Source of the DNA: Candidatus Nomurabacteria bacterium
GTDB lineage: Bacteria; Patescibacteriota; Minisyncoccia; Phycocordibacterales; UBA5272
Direction of reading: 5' to 3'
Length of the DNA: 64,000 nt
Assembly (NCBI GenBank): GCA_029288775.1
Contig: JARIGQ010000006.1
Location: forward strand, 120-64,119
The position numbers and the translations under genes were made by a program. Below, piece after piece: positions 28,499 to 36,832 of this stretch (positions within the stretch are counted from its first letter, which is position 1; every line of letters starts with the position of its first letter). A model generated the notes under the pieces. That model was given only the letters and a program-made list of their open reading frames with translations, made no database searches and had not been told where the DNA came from.

Positions 28499-29099
28499 TC
28501 AAGTTTTGAATCATGATGTCAAGCGGGTTGATAGGTGGATTCGGTATGTGGCGACACGCACTTGGGTGCGTACCGGAGTGTACGTTGTGGCAGTGCTTGA
28601 GGCGACGATTTCTCCACTTTTGCCAGAGCTTGTTGTTGCGGCAATTCTTTCCTATCGAAAAGATATTTCATGGAAACTCCTGAGTATTATCTCCGCTTGC
28701 GGCTCTGCAACAGGAGTAGCTATTTTATACTTGCTTGGTAAATATCTTTACCGAGCACATGAAGCTTTCTTTGAACATGTGTTAGGTGGAGCTTTAGGGG
28801 TGTATACGCAGAAATTATTATCTGGTAATACATTTGTGAGTATGTTCTTGGCTGCTTTTACTCCGCTTCCGGATCGTATTTTCGCATTCCTTTCTGGTGT
28901 CTTTGCGCTCTCTCTTCCGATTACGATTCTAGCTTTTTTCTTAGGGCGACTTATTCGTGTTTCTATCGTTGCTTATTTTTCGTATCAGTTTGGAGATGAG
29001 GCTCGAAAGTATATTTTGCGTCACAGTCGATTGGCTTTAGTATGTGTACTTGGACTTGTCATTCTCTACGTACTCTTAAAACATTTCGGTATACTGTAA
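28479..29099 (+). CDS. Polytopic membrane protein (VTT/DedA- or YqaA-like)
   Basis: Several TM helices. LEATISPLLPELVVAA resembles the re-entrant motif of VTT-domain proteins. The start is uncertain; it is chosen at MEHASD, which still overlaps the upstream gene by 20 nt. Confidence 0.4.
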   Translation: MEHASDNQVLNHDVKRVDRWIRYVATRTWVRTGVYVVAVLEATISPLLPELVVAAILSYRKDISWKLLSIISACGSATGVAILYLLGKYLYRAHEAFFEHVLGGALGVYTQKLLSGNTFVSMFLAAFTPLPDRIFAFLSGVFALSLPITILAFFLGRLIRVSIVAYFSYQFGDEARKYILRHSRLALVCVLGLVILYVLLKHFGIL

Positions 29100-29102
29100 T
29101 AT

Positions 29103-29336
29103 ATGAAGCATCACGTCTGTATTTTTGATGATTATATTGTTTTTGATGGAGAAACAATCCCTGTGGGCAAAATTCTTATCGAAAAAGAAATCACCAGAGC
29201 GTTAAGCGAAGTGCTGGATACTATTGTGCATAAAATTGGAAAAGATGAAGTAATCGTATGTGGATCGGGAGATGCACGGAGAATGCTTGGACGAAAGTTG
29301 GAAGATCGTCTGGGGAGGGAGGTAGTTTACGAATAA
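29103..29336 (+). CDS. Hypothetical protein (77 aa)
   Basis: ORF 3 nt after the preceding gene. No motifs recognised. Confidence 0.3.
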   Translation: MKHHVCIFDDYIVFDGETIPVGKILIEKEITRALSEVLDTIVHKIGKDEVIVCGSGDARRMLGRKLEDRLGREVVYE

Positions 29337-29382
29337 GTATGAATGAAAAAAGCGTTCCTCCGGGGACGCTTTTTCGTGGTGG

Positions 29383-29583
29383 TCAGATATCGCGAGCCAC
29401 GTTGTGCACGGGGCTTGCATGATCTGTCATGGTGACGACATCCGTGTAGTCGGGCGGGGTAAAGGTTTGCCCGCGCCTGCTCTTGGATTCCGTCGGTTTT
29501 CGATGCCCGGTCGTCTGCTTGGATGCAGAGTCAGCGCCAATCTCTTCGTTGCGCGCTTGCCACCAGGGTTTGGTTTCGGTCAT
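29383..29583 (-). CDS. Small GC-rich hydrophilic protein (66 aa)
   Basis: Strong SD (GAGGAGG 6 nt upstream) and a terminator hairpin at 29344-29372. About 58% GC, in a local GC spike. No signal peptide. Confidence 0.4.
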   Translation of the reverse strand: MTETKPWWQARNEEIGADSASKQTTGHRKPTESKSRRGQTFTPPDYTDVVTMTDHASPVHNVARDI

Positions 29584-29668
29584 GAATGGCCTCCTCAGGC
29601 TCTTGGGGTAAAAAGCTTCTGGACTTTAGTGTAGCGCTAATTTGCCATCTGTATAGAGGAATAGTATA

Positions 29669-29743
29669 TGGTGCCTCGGAGTGGAATCGAACCACTATTA
29701 ACGGCTTAGAAGTCCGCTGTTCTATCCATTGAACTACCAAGGC
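29669..29743 (-). tRNA. tRNA-Arg (anticodon UCU), CCA encoded
   Basis: Hand fold: acceptor GCCTTGG/CCGAGGC, anticodon loop CUUCUAA, T loop TTCGATT, 3' ACCA. Confidence 0.8.
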
Positions 29744-29807
29744 AATTGGATTTCCTCATACTAGCAAAAAATAGCGAAATGATGTAGTATGTGGAGACTC
29801 TAAAAGA

Positions 29808-29883
29808 GGGCGATTAGCTCAGTTGGTAGAGCAACTCGTTTACACCGAGAAGGTCGGGGGTTCGAGTCCCTCATCGCCCACCA
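29808..29883 (+). tRNA. tRNA-Val (anticodon UAC), CCA encoded
   Basis: Hand fold: acceptor GGGCGAT/ATCGCCC, anticodon loop UUUACAC, T loop TTCGAGT. Confidence 0.85.
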
Positions 29884-29930
29884 CGTAAAAATGACACGAG
29901 CAACCGTGTCATTTTTGCTAGACTACTTAT

Positions 29931-30656
29931 ATGAAGTTTCCTATTCTCTACGAAGACAATCATACACTCGTTATCAATAAGCCAGCGGGAGTAATGGTGC
30001 ACCCAGATGAGCGATCAAGCGAAGAGACGATTGCGGATTGGTTGCGCGAAACCCACAAAGTGGAAGGAGTAGGGGAGGAGGGGCGCGAAGGGGTGGTGCA
30101 TCGTTTAGATCGTAACACCACAGGAGTGCTTATTCTGGCAAAAGATCAGATTGCATACACTACTTTCAAGAAGCAGTTCAAGGATCACACTACACGAAAA
30201 GTGTATCGATTGATCGTGGAGGGAAATATCAAACACGATACCGGTATGATCTCGCTTCCTATCGCGCGCGCTAAATCAGATTTCCGTAAGCGCACTGTCG
30301 TGGATATGTTTTCGGGAGATGCTCGAGGTGAAGAGCGTGAAGCTATGACTCGCTACAAAGTACTCGCGCGCTCTACTGCGCCAGATGGAAAGCAATACAG
30401 TTATGTGGAAGCCTTTCCGCTTACCGGTCGTACACATCAGCTCCGTGCTCATTTTCGTGGCATTCGTCACCCTATTATTGGAGATGATTTGTATGGGTCC
30501 AAAGATGGGAAAAACGTAGCTCCCCGATCTATGCTTCACGCGTATTCACTGATGCTTAAAATTCCAGGAGAAAAGGAAGGATACATCGAAAAAACCTTTG
30601 TCGCAGAAGTTCCTCAAGATATGAAGGAGACCTTAGAAAAGCTCTTGCTTATATAG
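29931..30656 (+). CDS. RluA-family pseudouridine synthase
   Basis: Catalytic motif HRLDRNTTGVLILAK and the rest of an RluA-type catalytic domain. No S4 domain. Confidence 0.8.
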   Translation: MKFPILYEDNHTLVINKPAGVMVHPDERSSEETIADWLRETHKVEGVGEEGREGVVHRLDRNTTGVLILAKDQIAYTTFKKQFKDHTTRKVYRLIVEGNIKHDTGMISLPIARAKSDFRKRTVVDMFSGDARGEEREAMTRYKVLARSTAPDGKQYSYVEAFPLTGRTHQLRAHFRGIRHPIIGDDLYGSKDGKNVAPRSMLHAYSLMLKIPGEKEGYIEKTFVAEVPQDMKETLEKLLLI

Positions 30657-30693
30657 ATTTTTTGTGCTATCATAGCGTGACTATTTCAAAACT

Positions 30694-31122
30694 ATGAAAA
30701 CGACTATCAAGCTAAGCCCGGTAGACATGGATTCACGCAAGAACCTCCAGTTCGCGTCAGGTGATGTGGTGCGTGTATGGAACAAGATCAAGGAAGCCGA
30801 TGGAAAGACTCGTCTCCAGGCTTTTGAAGGTATGGTACTTGCTCGCAAGCATGGAGCGGAAATCGGAGCGACCTTTACAGTGCGCCGTGTAGCATCCGGA
30901 GTCGGTGTTGAACGTGTGTTTCCACTCTACTCAGTAATGATCGATAAGATCGAAGTAGTACGTCACTCAAAGACTCGCCGAAGCAAGCTCTACTATGTTC
31001 GCGATAAGGCGCTTCGTGATGTTCGCCGAAAGCTTAAGGCTGACACGAAGGTGGTAAAGAAAGGATCTACGACAACTATGGAAGCAGTTGCCGAAGAAGC
31101 TGCAGAAGAAGTAACAGCATAA
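30694..31122 (+). CDS. rplS: 50S ribosomal protein L19 with a C-terminal extension
   Basis: GDVVRVWNKIKE...GMVLARKHGA...TFTVRR...GVERVFPLYSVMIDKIEV is canonical L19. Terminator at 31121-31157. Confidence 0.85.
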   Translation: MKTTIKLSPVDMDSRKNLQFASGDVVRVWNKIKEADGKTRLQAFEGMVLARKHGAEIGATFTVRRVASGVGVERVFPLYSVMIDKIEVVRHSKTRRSKLYYVRDKALRDVRRKLKADTKVVKKGSTTTMEAVAEEAAEEVTA

Positions 31123-31173
31123 AACAAAACCGCTCGTACGAGCGGTTTTGTTTTTTTATGTTTGCAAGAGTGA

Positions 31174-31719
31174 ATGCTTGTATTCGTCAGGAAAATTATG
31201 GGAAACATGCTTACATCTTCCTTTTTTAATAGAAAGACAGAAACTGTTGCTCGAGAACTATTGGGTAAATATCTGGTACGAGACATACATGGCGTGAAAA
31301 CAAATTATGTAATCACTGAAACGGAAGCATATATTGGTCCACATGATTTGGCGTGTCACGCCTCAAAAGGAAGAACGGCACGCACTGAAGTGATGTATGG
31401 AAAGCCAGGAAGAATGTATATTTATTTTGTATATGGCATGCATTACATGCTCAATATTGTCACGGAAGAAGTTGGGTATCCCGCGGCCGTTCTTATCCGT
31501 GGCATCGAAGGTGCTTCAGGTCCCGGAAGACTGACAAAAAAGTTGCACATTGCCAAGAACTTACATGGTATGACGCTTTCAAAGAAGTCTGGTCTATGGA
31601 TAGAAGAAGGCGCTTATGTGAGCGATAAAGATATCCTCCGTACTCCTCGTATCGGTATTGAATATGCCGGAGATGTTTGGAAAAATAAGAAACTTAGATT
31701 TGTGCTTAAGAAAAAATAA
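31174..31719 (+). CDS. mpg: DNA-3-methyladenine glycosylase (Mpg/AAG family)
   Basis: ARELLGKYLVR, ITETEAYIGPHDLACHASKGRTARTEVMYGKPG, YIYFVYGMHYMLNIV and AVLIRGIE. Terminator at about 31717-31745. Confidence 0.8.
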   Translation: MLVFVRKIMGNMLTSSFFNRKTETVARELLGKYLVRDIHGVKTNYVITETEAYIGPHDLACHASKGRTARTEVMYGKPGRMYIYFVYGMHYMLNIVTEEVGYPAAVLIRGIEGASGPGRLTKKLHIAKNLHGMTLSKKSGLWIEEGAYVSDKDILRTPRIGIEYAGDVWKNKKLRFVLKKK

Positions 31720-31742
31720 ATCCCCACACGGGGATTTATTTT

Positions 31743-31829
31743 TGGTGCCCAGGACTGGACTCGAACCAGCATGCCTTTTAAAGCGCTACCACCTCAAGGT
31801 AGTGCGTCTACCAATTTCGCCACCTGGGC
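31743..31829 (-). tRNA. tRNA-Leu (anticodon GAG), type II, CCA encoded
   Basis: Hand fold: acceptor GCCCAGG/CCTGGGC, D arm GCG-AAATTGGTAGA-CGC, anticodon loop UUGAGGU, long variable arm, T loop TTCGAGT. Confidence 0.8.
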
Positions 31830-31861
31830 ATATGTGCTCACTATTTAATTTCACTACCATA

Positions 31862-31925
31862 GGGACGAAATTGGTAGACGCACGGAGTGCGCAGATTTAT
31901 CTTTTGCCAATTTCGCCCCCTGGGC
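31862..31925. repeat. Two inverted degenerate copies of the first roughly 20-28 nt of tRNA-Leu (pseudo-tRNA fragments)
   Basis: Plus strand GACGAAATTGGTAGACGCAC (31865-31884). Minus strand GCCCAGGGGGCGAAATTGG (reverse complement of 31900-31923). Both match the tRNA-Leu 5' end. The track ORF 31658-31990 over this region is spurious. Confidence 0.4.
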
Positions 31926-32005
31926 AGGTGACTTCGTTTGAAGTATTGAAATACTACCATAGATGTAACAAAAGAAAAAGGCTCACTTAAGGTGAACCTT
32001 TCCAT

Positions 32006-32482
32006 CTAGAAGCGAACGTTCAAACCGAAGACAAAAATCATCTTATTGGGGGCGGGAAGTACTGCGACATACGGCATAACGTCGCGGATGATTTCGTATT
32101 CAAACGTGGCCAGTGGCAAGAAGCCGTGATACGTTTTATTTCGTGGGAGAAAGTGATACGACATGTAATCAACCTGAATACCTCCCAAAAGCGGCTTTCC
32201 TGCAATGGTGCCAATTTCAATGTGGCCTCCCAATGCTGCCGTAAGAGTTTCACCTTTTGTGGAATTCTTGTCGATGTAGTTTGCTTCCAGGTAGAAGTTC
32301 TTATTAAGATCGTAGCGGAGGCCGAGACCAGGATTGACTTGGTTGGCCCATGCACGCATTTTGCTGTTTTCGTGCCAGCTGCAGCAGTTGATGTTGAGCG
32401 ACCACTTGGATCGTTCTCCGTCAGAGGCGTGGGCGAGTAGGGTAGAAAAGGATAGCGCACTTGCAAGCAGAATGTTCCGCAT
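32006..32482 (-). CDS. Putative outer-membrane beta-barrel protein (OmpW/PagL-like size), signal peptide, C-terminal Phe
   Basis: Start taken at MRNILLASALSFSTLLAHA, with SD GAGGAG. Alternating amphipathic strands. Ends in ...FGLNVRF, the aromatic terminus expected for BAM-dependent OMPs. Confidence 0.45.
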   Translation of the reverse strand: MRNILLASALSFSTLLAHASDGERSKWSLNINCCSWHENSKMRAWANQVNPGLGLRYDLNKNFYLEANYIDKNSTKGETLTAALGGHIEIGTIAGKPLLGGIQVDYMSYHFLPRNKTYHGFLPLATFEYEIIRDVMPYVAVLPAPNKMIFVFGLNVRF

Positions 32483-32616
32483 TTCCGTCTCCTCAGCAGT
32501 TGTCAGTGAAGGAACCTTTATTAAAAGCCTAGCACTTCCAAAGAAAAGCGCACTCTTCAAAAAAGCGGGAATATGTGTTAGATTGAAGACCTGATTTCGT
32601 CAGAAATCTGTAGATG

Positions 32617-32691
32617 GTGCCTATAGTGTAATGGTTAGCACGCGGGCTTGTGGAGCCCTCAGTTCGAGTTCGAATCTCGATAGGCACACCA
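32617..32691 (+). tRNA. tRNA-His (anticodon GUG), with an extra G at -1; it serves as the integration site (attL) for the downstream island array
   Basis: Hand fold: G(-1) GTGCCTA/TAGGCAC, anticodon loop UUGUGGA, T loop TTCGAAT, ACCA. The 3' 33 nt are overlapped by the recombinase coding sequence. Confidence 0.85.
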
Positions 32692-34281
32692 ATCGCTACG
32701 AACTAAGTCAATTCGTTGATTTCGTTCAGTAGTATCAAGGGTTTTATCCAGTTCCAACCCTTTTAATCTGGTTTCTAATGCTGGATAGCTGTTTTCAACC
32801 TCTTTTACCCATTCATATTTGGAAATACTGAGAATTCTATCTTTGATGACGAAGTTCGAACCTAAAGAAGTGAAAAGTTTCCTCTTCTCTTCTGGTTTTG
32901 TCTCAGGATTATTAAATCTTGCTCTTGAGTAGGTCGCAAAGTCGAAGAATTCTTTCGTGGTATCCAACCACTTAGACGCTCTCTGCTCTGTGGAATACAT
33001 CTCGGACTTCAGTTTCGCTAACTGGGACCGCAAGTCGTCTCTCATTCTTAAAAACTCTTCTTCGCTAATCAGCTCTCTGTAGAACATCTTGGAGAGATTA
33101 TCGAGTTCGTTCTGTGTCTTATTGTAGGAAGACTGTTGGGACTCATATATCGTTGATCGGTCCTCAATCTCTAATTCATTCCTCTCACTCAAATAATCTA
33201 ATGCCCATTGTAGAAACTTCGGGTTAATTTGGCACTTCTGAAGTTCGCTGTCTATCTGTTCTTCCAACTGTTTAACAGTTAAGGTTCGCTTCTGGGAGCA
33301 GGCTACTCGACGTGTCTTTCTTGTGCAGTAGTAATAGGTATAGGATTCAATTTTCCCAGTAGATTTTATCTGCTTTTGTTTTGTTGTTGCCGTATGCAAA
33401 CAGTCGCACTCACCACATCTGATAAGGCCAGTGTAGGCGTGGTTATGCTCCGCCATTCTCGGCTTACCTTTCTTTCCTAAAAGGAATTGAACACGGTCAT
33501 ACTCTTCCAACGTAATCATAGCCTTATGGTTGCCAGTTTTCAGCTCTCGGTTCCAAGTGAATAGACCAGTATAAAAAATATTGTTAAACATCTTATAGAT
33601 AGTTGAATTAGCAAGAGGCCTATCTCCTCCGTGAGAAGTTCTTGGTGTTCTAAAACCCCATTCCTCATTTGCTATCTTTATTATCCTAGGAGGGGTGTAA
33701 TTCCCAGAGAGCATCATTTCCCACATAGACCGAACAAGCGGAAAGAGCTCTTCGTCCACCATAATCTTTTTATTTAGTCTGTCATTCTTGTATCCGAGTG
33801 GCGGTTTTGTAGGATAATCACCACGTTCAGCTTTACCGTTCATTCCACGCTTCACATTCTTACTTAAATCAATAAGGAACTGATTCGCTGAACCTGTTTC
33901 TACGTTGAATAAAATAACATTGTCTTCTGGCTTATATTCCTTATCAATAGTTTGAATGGACTGAATGATTCCTTTTTGTAGTAACCAGCTAAGCTTCCCG
34001 CTGTCGATTGGGTTTCTTGATAGACGATTAATCTGCCAACACAAAATACCCTCGGCTTCTCTATTCTCAATTCTTTGAAGCATATCTTCAAACACCGGTC
34101 GTCCGGGCATTTTTGCAGACTTGGATTCGGTGAGAATGTCTATAGTTTTAATGCCCTCAATACTTGCGAGATGTTTTAATCTTTCAATCTGATCGTCGAT
34201 GGATTGAATCTGCCTGTCTTCACTTTCCGAAGATTTTCTAGCATAGAGGAAGTATCTAAGTTGTGGCTTTTCTTGTTTCAT
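32659..34281 (-). CDS. Large serine recombinase (integrase) of integrated element 1
   Basis: Resolvase catalytic domain YARKSS...QINRLSR. Recombinase domain. Zinc ribbon CGECDC...YYCTRK. Coiled coil. The C-terminus overlaps the tRNA-His 3' end. It has an intact paralogue-like counterpart, frameshifted, at 50964-52624. Confidence 0.9.
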   Translation of the reverse strand: MKQEKPQLRYFLYARKSSESEDRQIQSIDDQIERLKHLASIEGIKTIDILTESKSAKMPGRPVFEDMLQRIENREAEGILCWQINRLSRNPIDSGKLSWLLQKGIIQSIQTIDKEYKPEDNVILFNVETGSANQFLIDLSKNVKRGMNGKAERGDYPTKPPLGYKNDRLNKKIMVDEELFPLVRSMWEMMLSGNYTPPRIIKIANEEWGFRTPRTSHGGDRPLANSTIYKMFNNIFYTGLFTWNRELKTGNHKAMITLEEYDRVQFLLGKKGKPRMAEHNHAYTGLIRCGECDCLHTATTKQKQIKSTGKIESYTYYYCTRKTRRVACSQKRTLTVKQLEEQIDSELQKCQINPKFLQWALDYLSERNELEIEDRSTIYESQQSSYNKTQNELDNLSKMFYRELISEEEFLRMRDDLRSQLAKLKSEMYSTEQRASKWLDTTKEFFDFATYSRARFNNPETKPEEKRKLFTSLGSNFVIKDRILSISKYEWVKEVENSYPALETRLKGLELDKTLDTTERNQRIDLVRSDWCAYRDSNSN

Positions 34282-34420
34282 TTGTGTACCAAAAAAGGGG
34301 TAACAGGAATGCTTGTAATTGCGAAACCACAAGAGCTGTTACCCCATCTTTGGCTACAAACATTCCTATGTATCTTATGGTTTCGCATATACAGTATATA
34401 ACGTTAGAAGTTAAGTTTTG

Positions 34421-35041
34421 TTAGGTTTTCGACAGTAATCTGTTTTCCAGCAGTGTTACGTCTTCATCGGAATACCCTCCTTTAATGTTTAGGTAGCGTT
34501 TATACTTTCTGGTGGGTTTGCCTTTGTAGAATTTCCGTTTTATGTTCTGAACGTAATATTCATCTGCTTTCCATGCTTGGTTTAAAATCTTAAAAGCTCC
34601 TTGATATTTCTTTGATTCGTTACAACTCTGATAACTCAGATTGGCGCATTTACGACATGCGAAATAATTTCCCGCGAAGTATAGATTTCGTACTTTTTTA
34701 CCACAGTAAATGCCATTTTTGTATAAACCGCATATAAAGAACCATTTTTTACCCCCGAATCGACAAGGGTTACTTTCCATTACAAATTCGTACTTCATTA
34801 CTTTCCATGCTTCATTTCCCTCATATCTATTCTTAATCTTATAGTCGAATTCAATATGTGGGGTAGAGCTTGAGGTGTCTATTTTGACTCGAATATTTCC
34901 GCTAGGCTTCCCACCATAAGACCAACTTAACTGTCCGCCAAAATTTCCACCAAGATAGTTATGCTTCCGAAGCCATGCAAGCTCGATCCGCTTGGCTGCC
35001 TCGGTTGTATCTCTAGGGTTTGGGTGATAATACCTAGACAT
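34421..35041 (-). CDS. Cys-rich hypothetical protein (206 aa), possible zinc-binding (primase-like?)
   Basis: CRFGGKKWFFICGLYKNGIYCGKK...FACRKCANLSYQSC cysteine cluster. It is the last gene of a five-gene minus-strand operon. Confidence 0.4.
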   Translation of the reverse strand: MSRYYHPNPRDTTEAAKRIELAWLRKHNYLGGNFGGQLSWSYGGKPSGNIRVKIDTSSSTPHIEFDYKIKNRYEGNEAWKVMKYEFVMESNPCRFGGKKWFFICGLYKNGIYCGKKVRNLYFAGNYFACRKCANLSYQSCNESKKYQGAFKILNQAWKADEYYVQNIKRKFYKGKPTRKYKRYLNIKGGYSDEDVTLLENRLLSKT

Positions 35042-35050
35042 ATTGATTAC

Positions 35051-36319
35051 CTAAATCGTTTGAGATTCTTCCTGTTTATCAGTCACCCCACCGCGGTCCA
35101 CACTATATTCTTCCTCATCAGTAATTACCGCTGGAAGTATGAGCCATCTTCGTTTATCGTTCCCGTCTTGTTCTTGTGTCACCAATCCAGCTGTTTCGAG
35201 CATGGGAATTATCTGTTGGCGTAGTTGGTAAATGTCCAACATACGTCCGTGCAGGTCGAAGTGTTTTTGTAGAATGTCTTGCCGTGATATTCCGGGTCTC
35301 TTGTCCAAGGCAAATTGGTCATCTTTAAGTTGATGTTCCCTAACTTTCCAAAGAGGGACGATAATATCTTTATAGATTTTATAAACATACGGAGGAAGAT
35401 TGAATTCCTGGCTTATTGAAATTTTTTCCCAGATTTTGAACGCTTCTTCAATGTCTTCTTCGTTGGCGATAATGCCAGTTTGGGTCTGATCTCTCCACCA
35501 GTGGTTCAGTAGGGCTATAGACTTTATAAGAGCCATAAACCGCTTAATGTCTCTCTGGTGGCGGGGTTTTAAGAGCTTCTTATCTGCCAAAAACCGCCTT
35601 TTAACCAGCTCCTCCGAACAAATCTGTATATCTCCAATACGGGCTTGTTTTATAGCTAGAATACGGCTTTTTAGGAGTTCTCGTCGTGGGTCGGAATTGA
35701 GCCATTCTTCATACTCTGTTGAATTGGAGCTTTTCCGTATCGCTTGATCGATTCCCAACTTAATCTTCTCAGGGGTGGCTTCAGGGCTAAGAAGTAAGAA
35801 GCGTGTAGATTCCTGCTCGTCTATACGGAGTCCAGCAGAACAGAAAATGACAGAGGGGAAACCTCTTAGTATGACTGTCTTGGTCCTATTCCCACCTTTC
35901 TGATTTTTATCTGTTATTTTCGAATGCATCTCTCTTTCATCGTGAGAGAGAAAAGAGCGTAGTCTCTCTAAAAGTTGGGTGTGTGGCATATCCAAGAAAA
36001 TAATAATCTTTCTTGCCAGGTCCACCACGATACTGTTCGTCTCTTTATTGTATTCTCCTTGTTCGTGAAAGAAAGCTGTAGGGGAACAGTTTCCAATTTT
36101 TATCACATCCTCTTGAGGAAAGAGTCCTGAAATTTCTAGTGGAATGTATGACTTCCCAGACGATGATGGGGCATTAAAAGAAACATTAAATTGAGCGTCA
36201 TGTGTGAATGCTGAAAGCTGACATAGGAAAGTAGCAATTTTGTTCTCTTCGTCTGCTTTTATAGTAAGGGAGAGAATATCTGCTAGCTCTTCAATGCTAA
36301 GCGGTTGATAGTTTTCCAT
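35051..36319 (-). CDS. P-loop NTPase, putative replication helicase/primase-associated ATPase of the element
   Basis: Walker A NAPSSSGKSY and Walker-B-like IIIFLDMPH, with a downstream TVILRGFPSVIFCSAG resembling SF3/AAA+ motif C. The family is not identified. Confidence 0.45.
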   Translation of the reverse strand: MENYQPLSIEELADILSLTIKADEENKIATFLCQLSAFTHDAQFNVSFNAPSSSGKSYIPLEISGLFPQEDVIKIGNCSPTAFFHEQGEYNKETNSIVVDLARKIIIFLDMPHTQLLERLRSFLSHDEREMHSKITDKNQKGGNRTKTVILRGFPSVIFCSAGLRIDEQESTRFLLLSPEATPEKIKLGIDQAIRKSSNSTEYEEWLNSDPRRELLKSRILAIKQARIGDIQICSEELVKRRFLADKKLLKPRHQRDIKRFMALIKSIALLNHWWRDQTQTGIIANEEDIEEAFKIWEKISISQEFNLPPYVYKIYKDIIVPLWKVREHQLKDDQFALDKRPGISRQDILQKHFDLHGRMLDIYQLRQQIIPMLETAGLVTQEQDGNDKRRWLILPAVITDEEEYSVDRGGVTDKQEESQTI

Positions 36320-36320
36320 A

Positions 36321-36495
36321 TTAATCTAATTTGTATTTTTTATAATCTTCTTTGGTAATAGGTTGGTAGGTTATTCGGACAAGCTCAATGAGCTTTACGG
36401 CCTGTATATAAGCTTCTTCCTCCGATATTTCTTCCCCGAACTCTTCTTTATAGAGATTCTGGAACGTCGAGATCTGCTTGCCCGATAAGACCATG
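36321..36495 (-). CDS. Small protein (57 aa), unannotated in the ORF track
   Basis: Hand translation gives MVLSGKQISTFQNLYKEEFGEEISEEEAYIQAVKLIELVRITYQPITKEDYKKYKLD. Tightly packed in the operon: its stop is 1 nt before the next start, and there is 1 nt after the upstream stop. Confidence 0.3.
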
Positions 36496-36496
36496 A

Positions 36497-36763
36497 TTAG
36501 TTAGTTCTAATTCGGCTTTTTAACTCACGGGTGATATTCCAGTAAGCTTTTGGTTCAACAAGTAATAACCCTTCCCAGAAACGATATATAACATTATTAA
36601 GTTCATCTGATTTCTCGAATACGAAAGTAACTTTTGGGTGATCTTTCGGATTTCGGTTGACCGCGACAATGGAGAATCCAAGATATTGAAGGCTAGAGGC
36701 AAGTGCAAGATCTGATACCTCTACGTGTCGATCTATTTTTAGGAATTTGTAATCTGATTTCAT
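36497..36763 (-). CDS. DUF5659-like small protein
   Basis: YKFLKIDRHVEVSDLALASSLQYLGFSIVAVNRNPKDHPKVTFVFEKSDELNNVIYRFWEGLLLVEPKAYWNITRELKSRI has the pattern of the DUF5659 family found in phage and mobile contexts. Recalled from memory, not searched. Confidence 0.45.
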   Translation of the reverse strand: MKSDYKFLKIDRHVEVSDLALASSLQYLGFSIVAVNRNPKDHPKVTFVFEKSDELNNVIYRFWEGLLLVEPKAYWNITRELKSRIRTN

Positions 36764-36832
36764 AATTTAAAAACCCGCAGGTTCCTCTGCAGATTATTAT
36801 TTGTATGTATTCTTGTATAAGAAAAAACTGTA

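Noticed and set aside
31658-31990. 110-aa ORF spanning tRNA-Leu and its fragment copies
   Set aside because: It reads straight through a well-formed tRNA-Leu on the other strand and through the inverted tRNA fragments. The composition is implausible.
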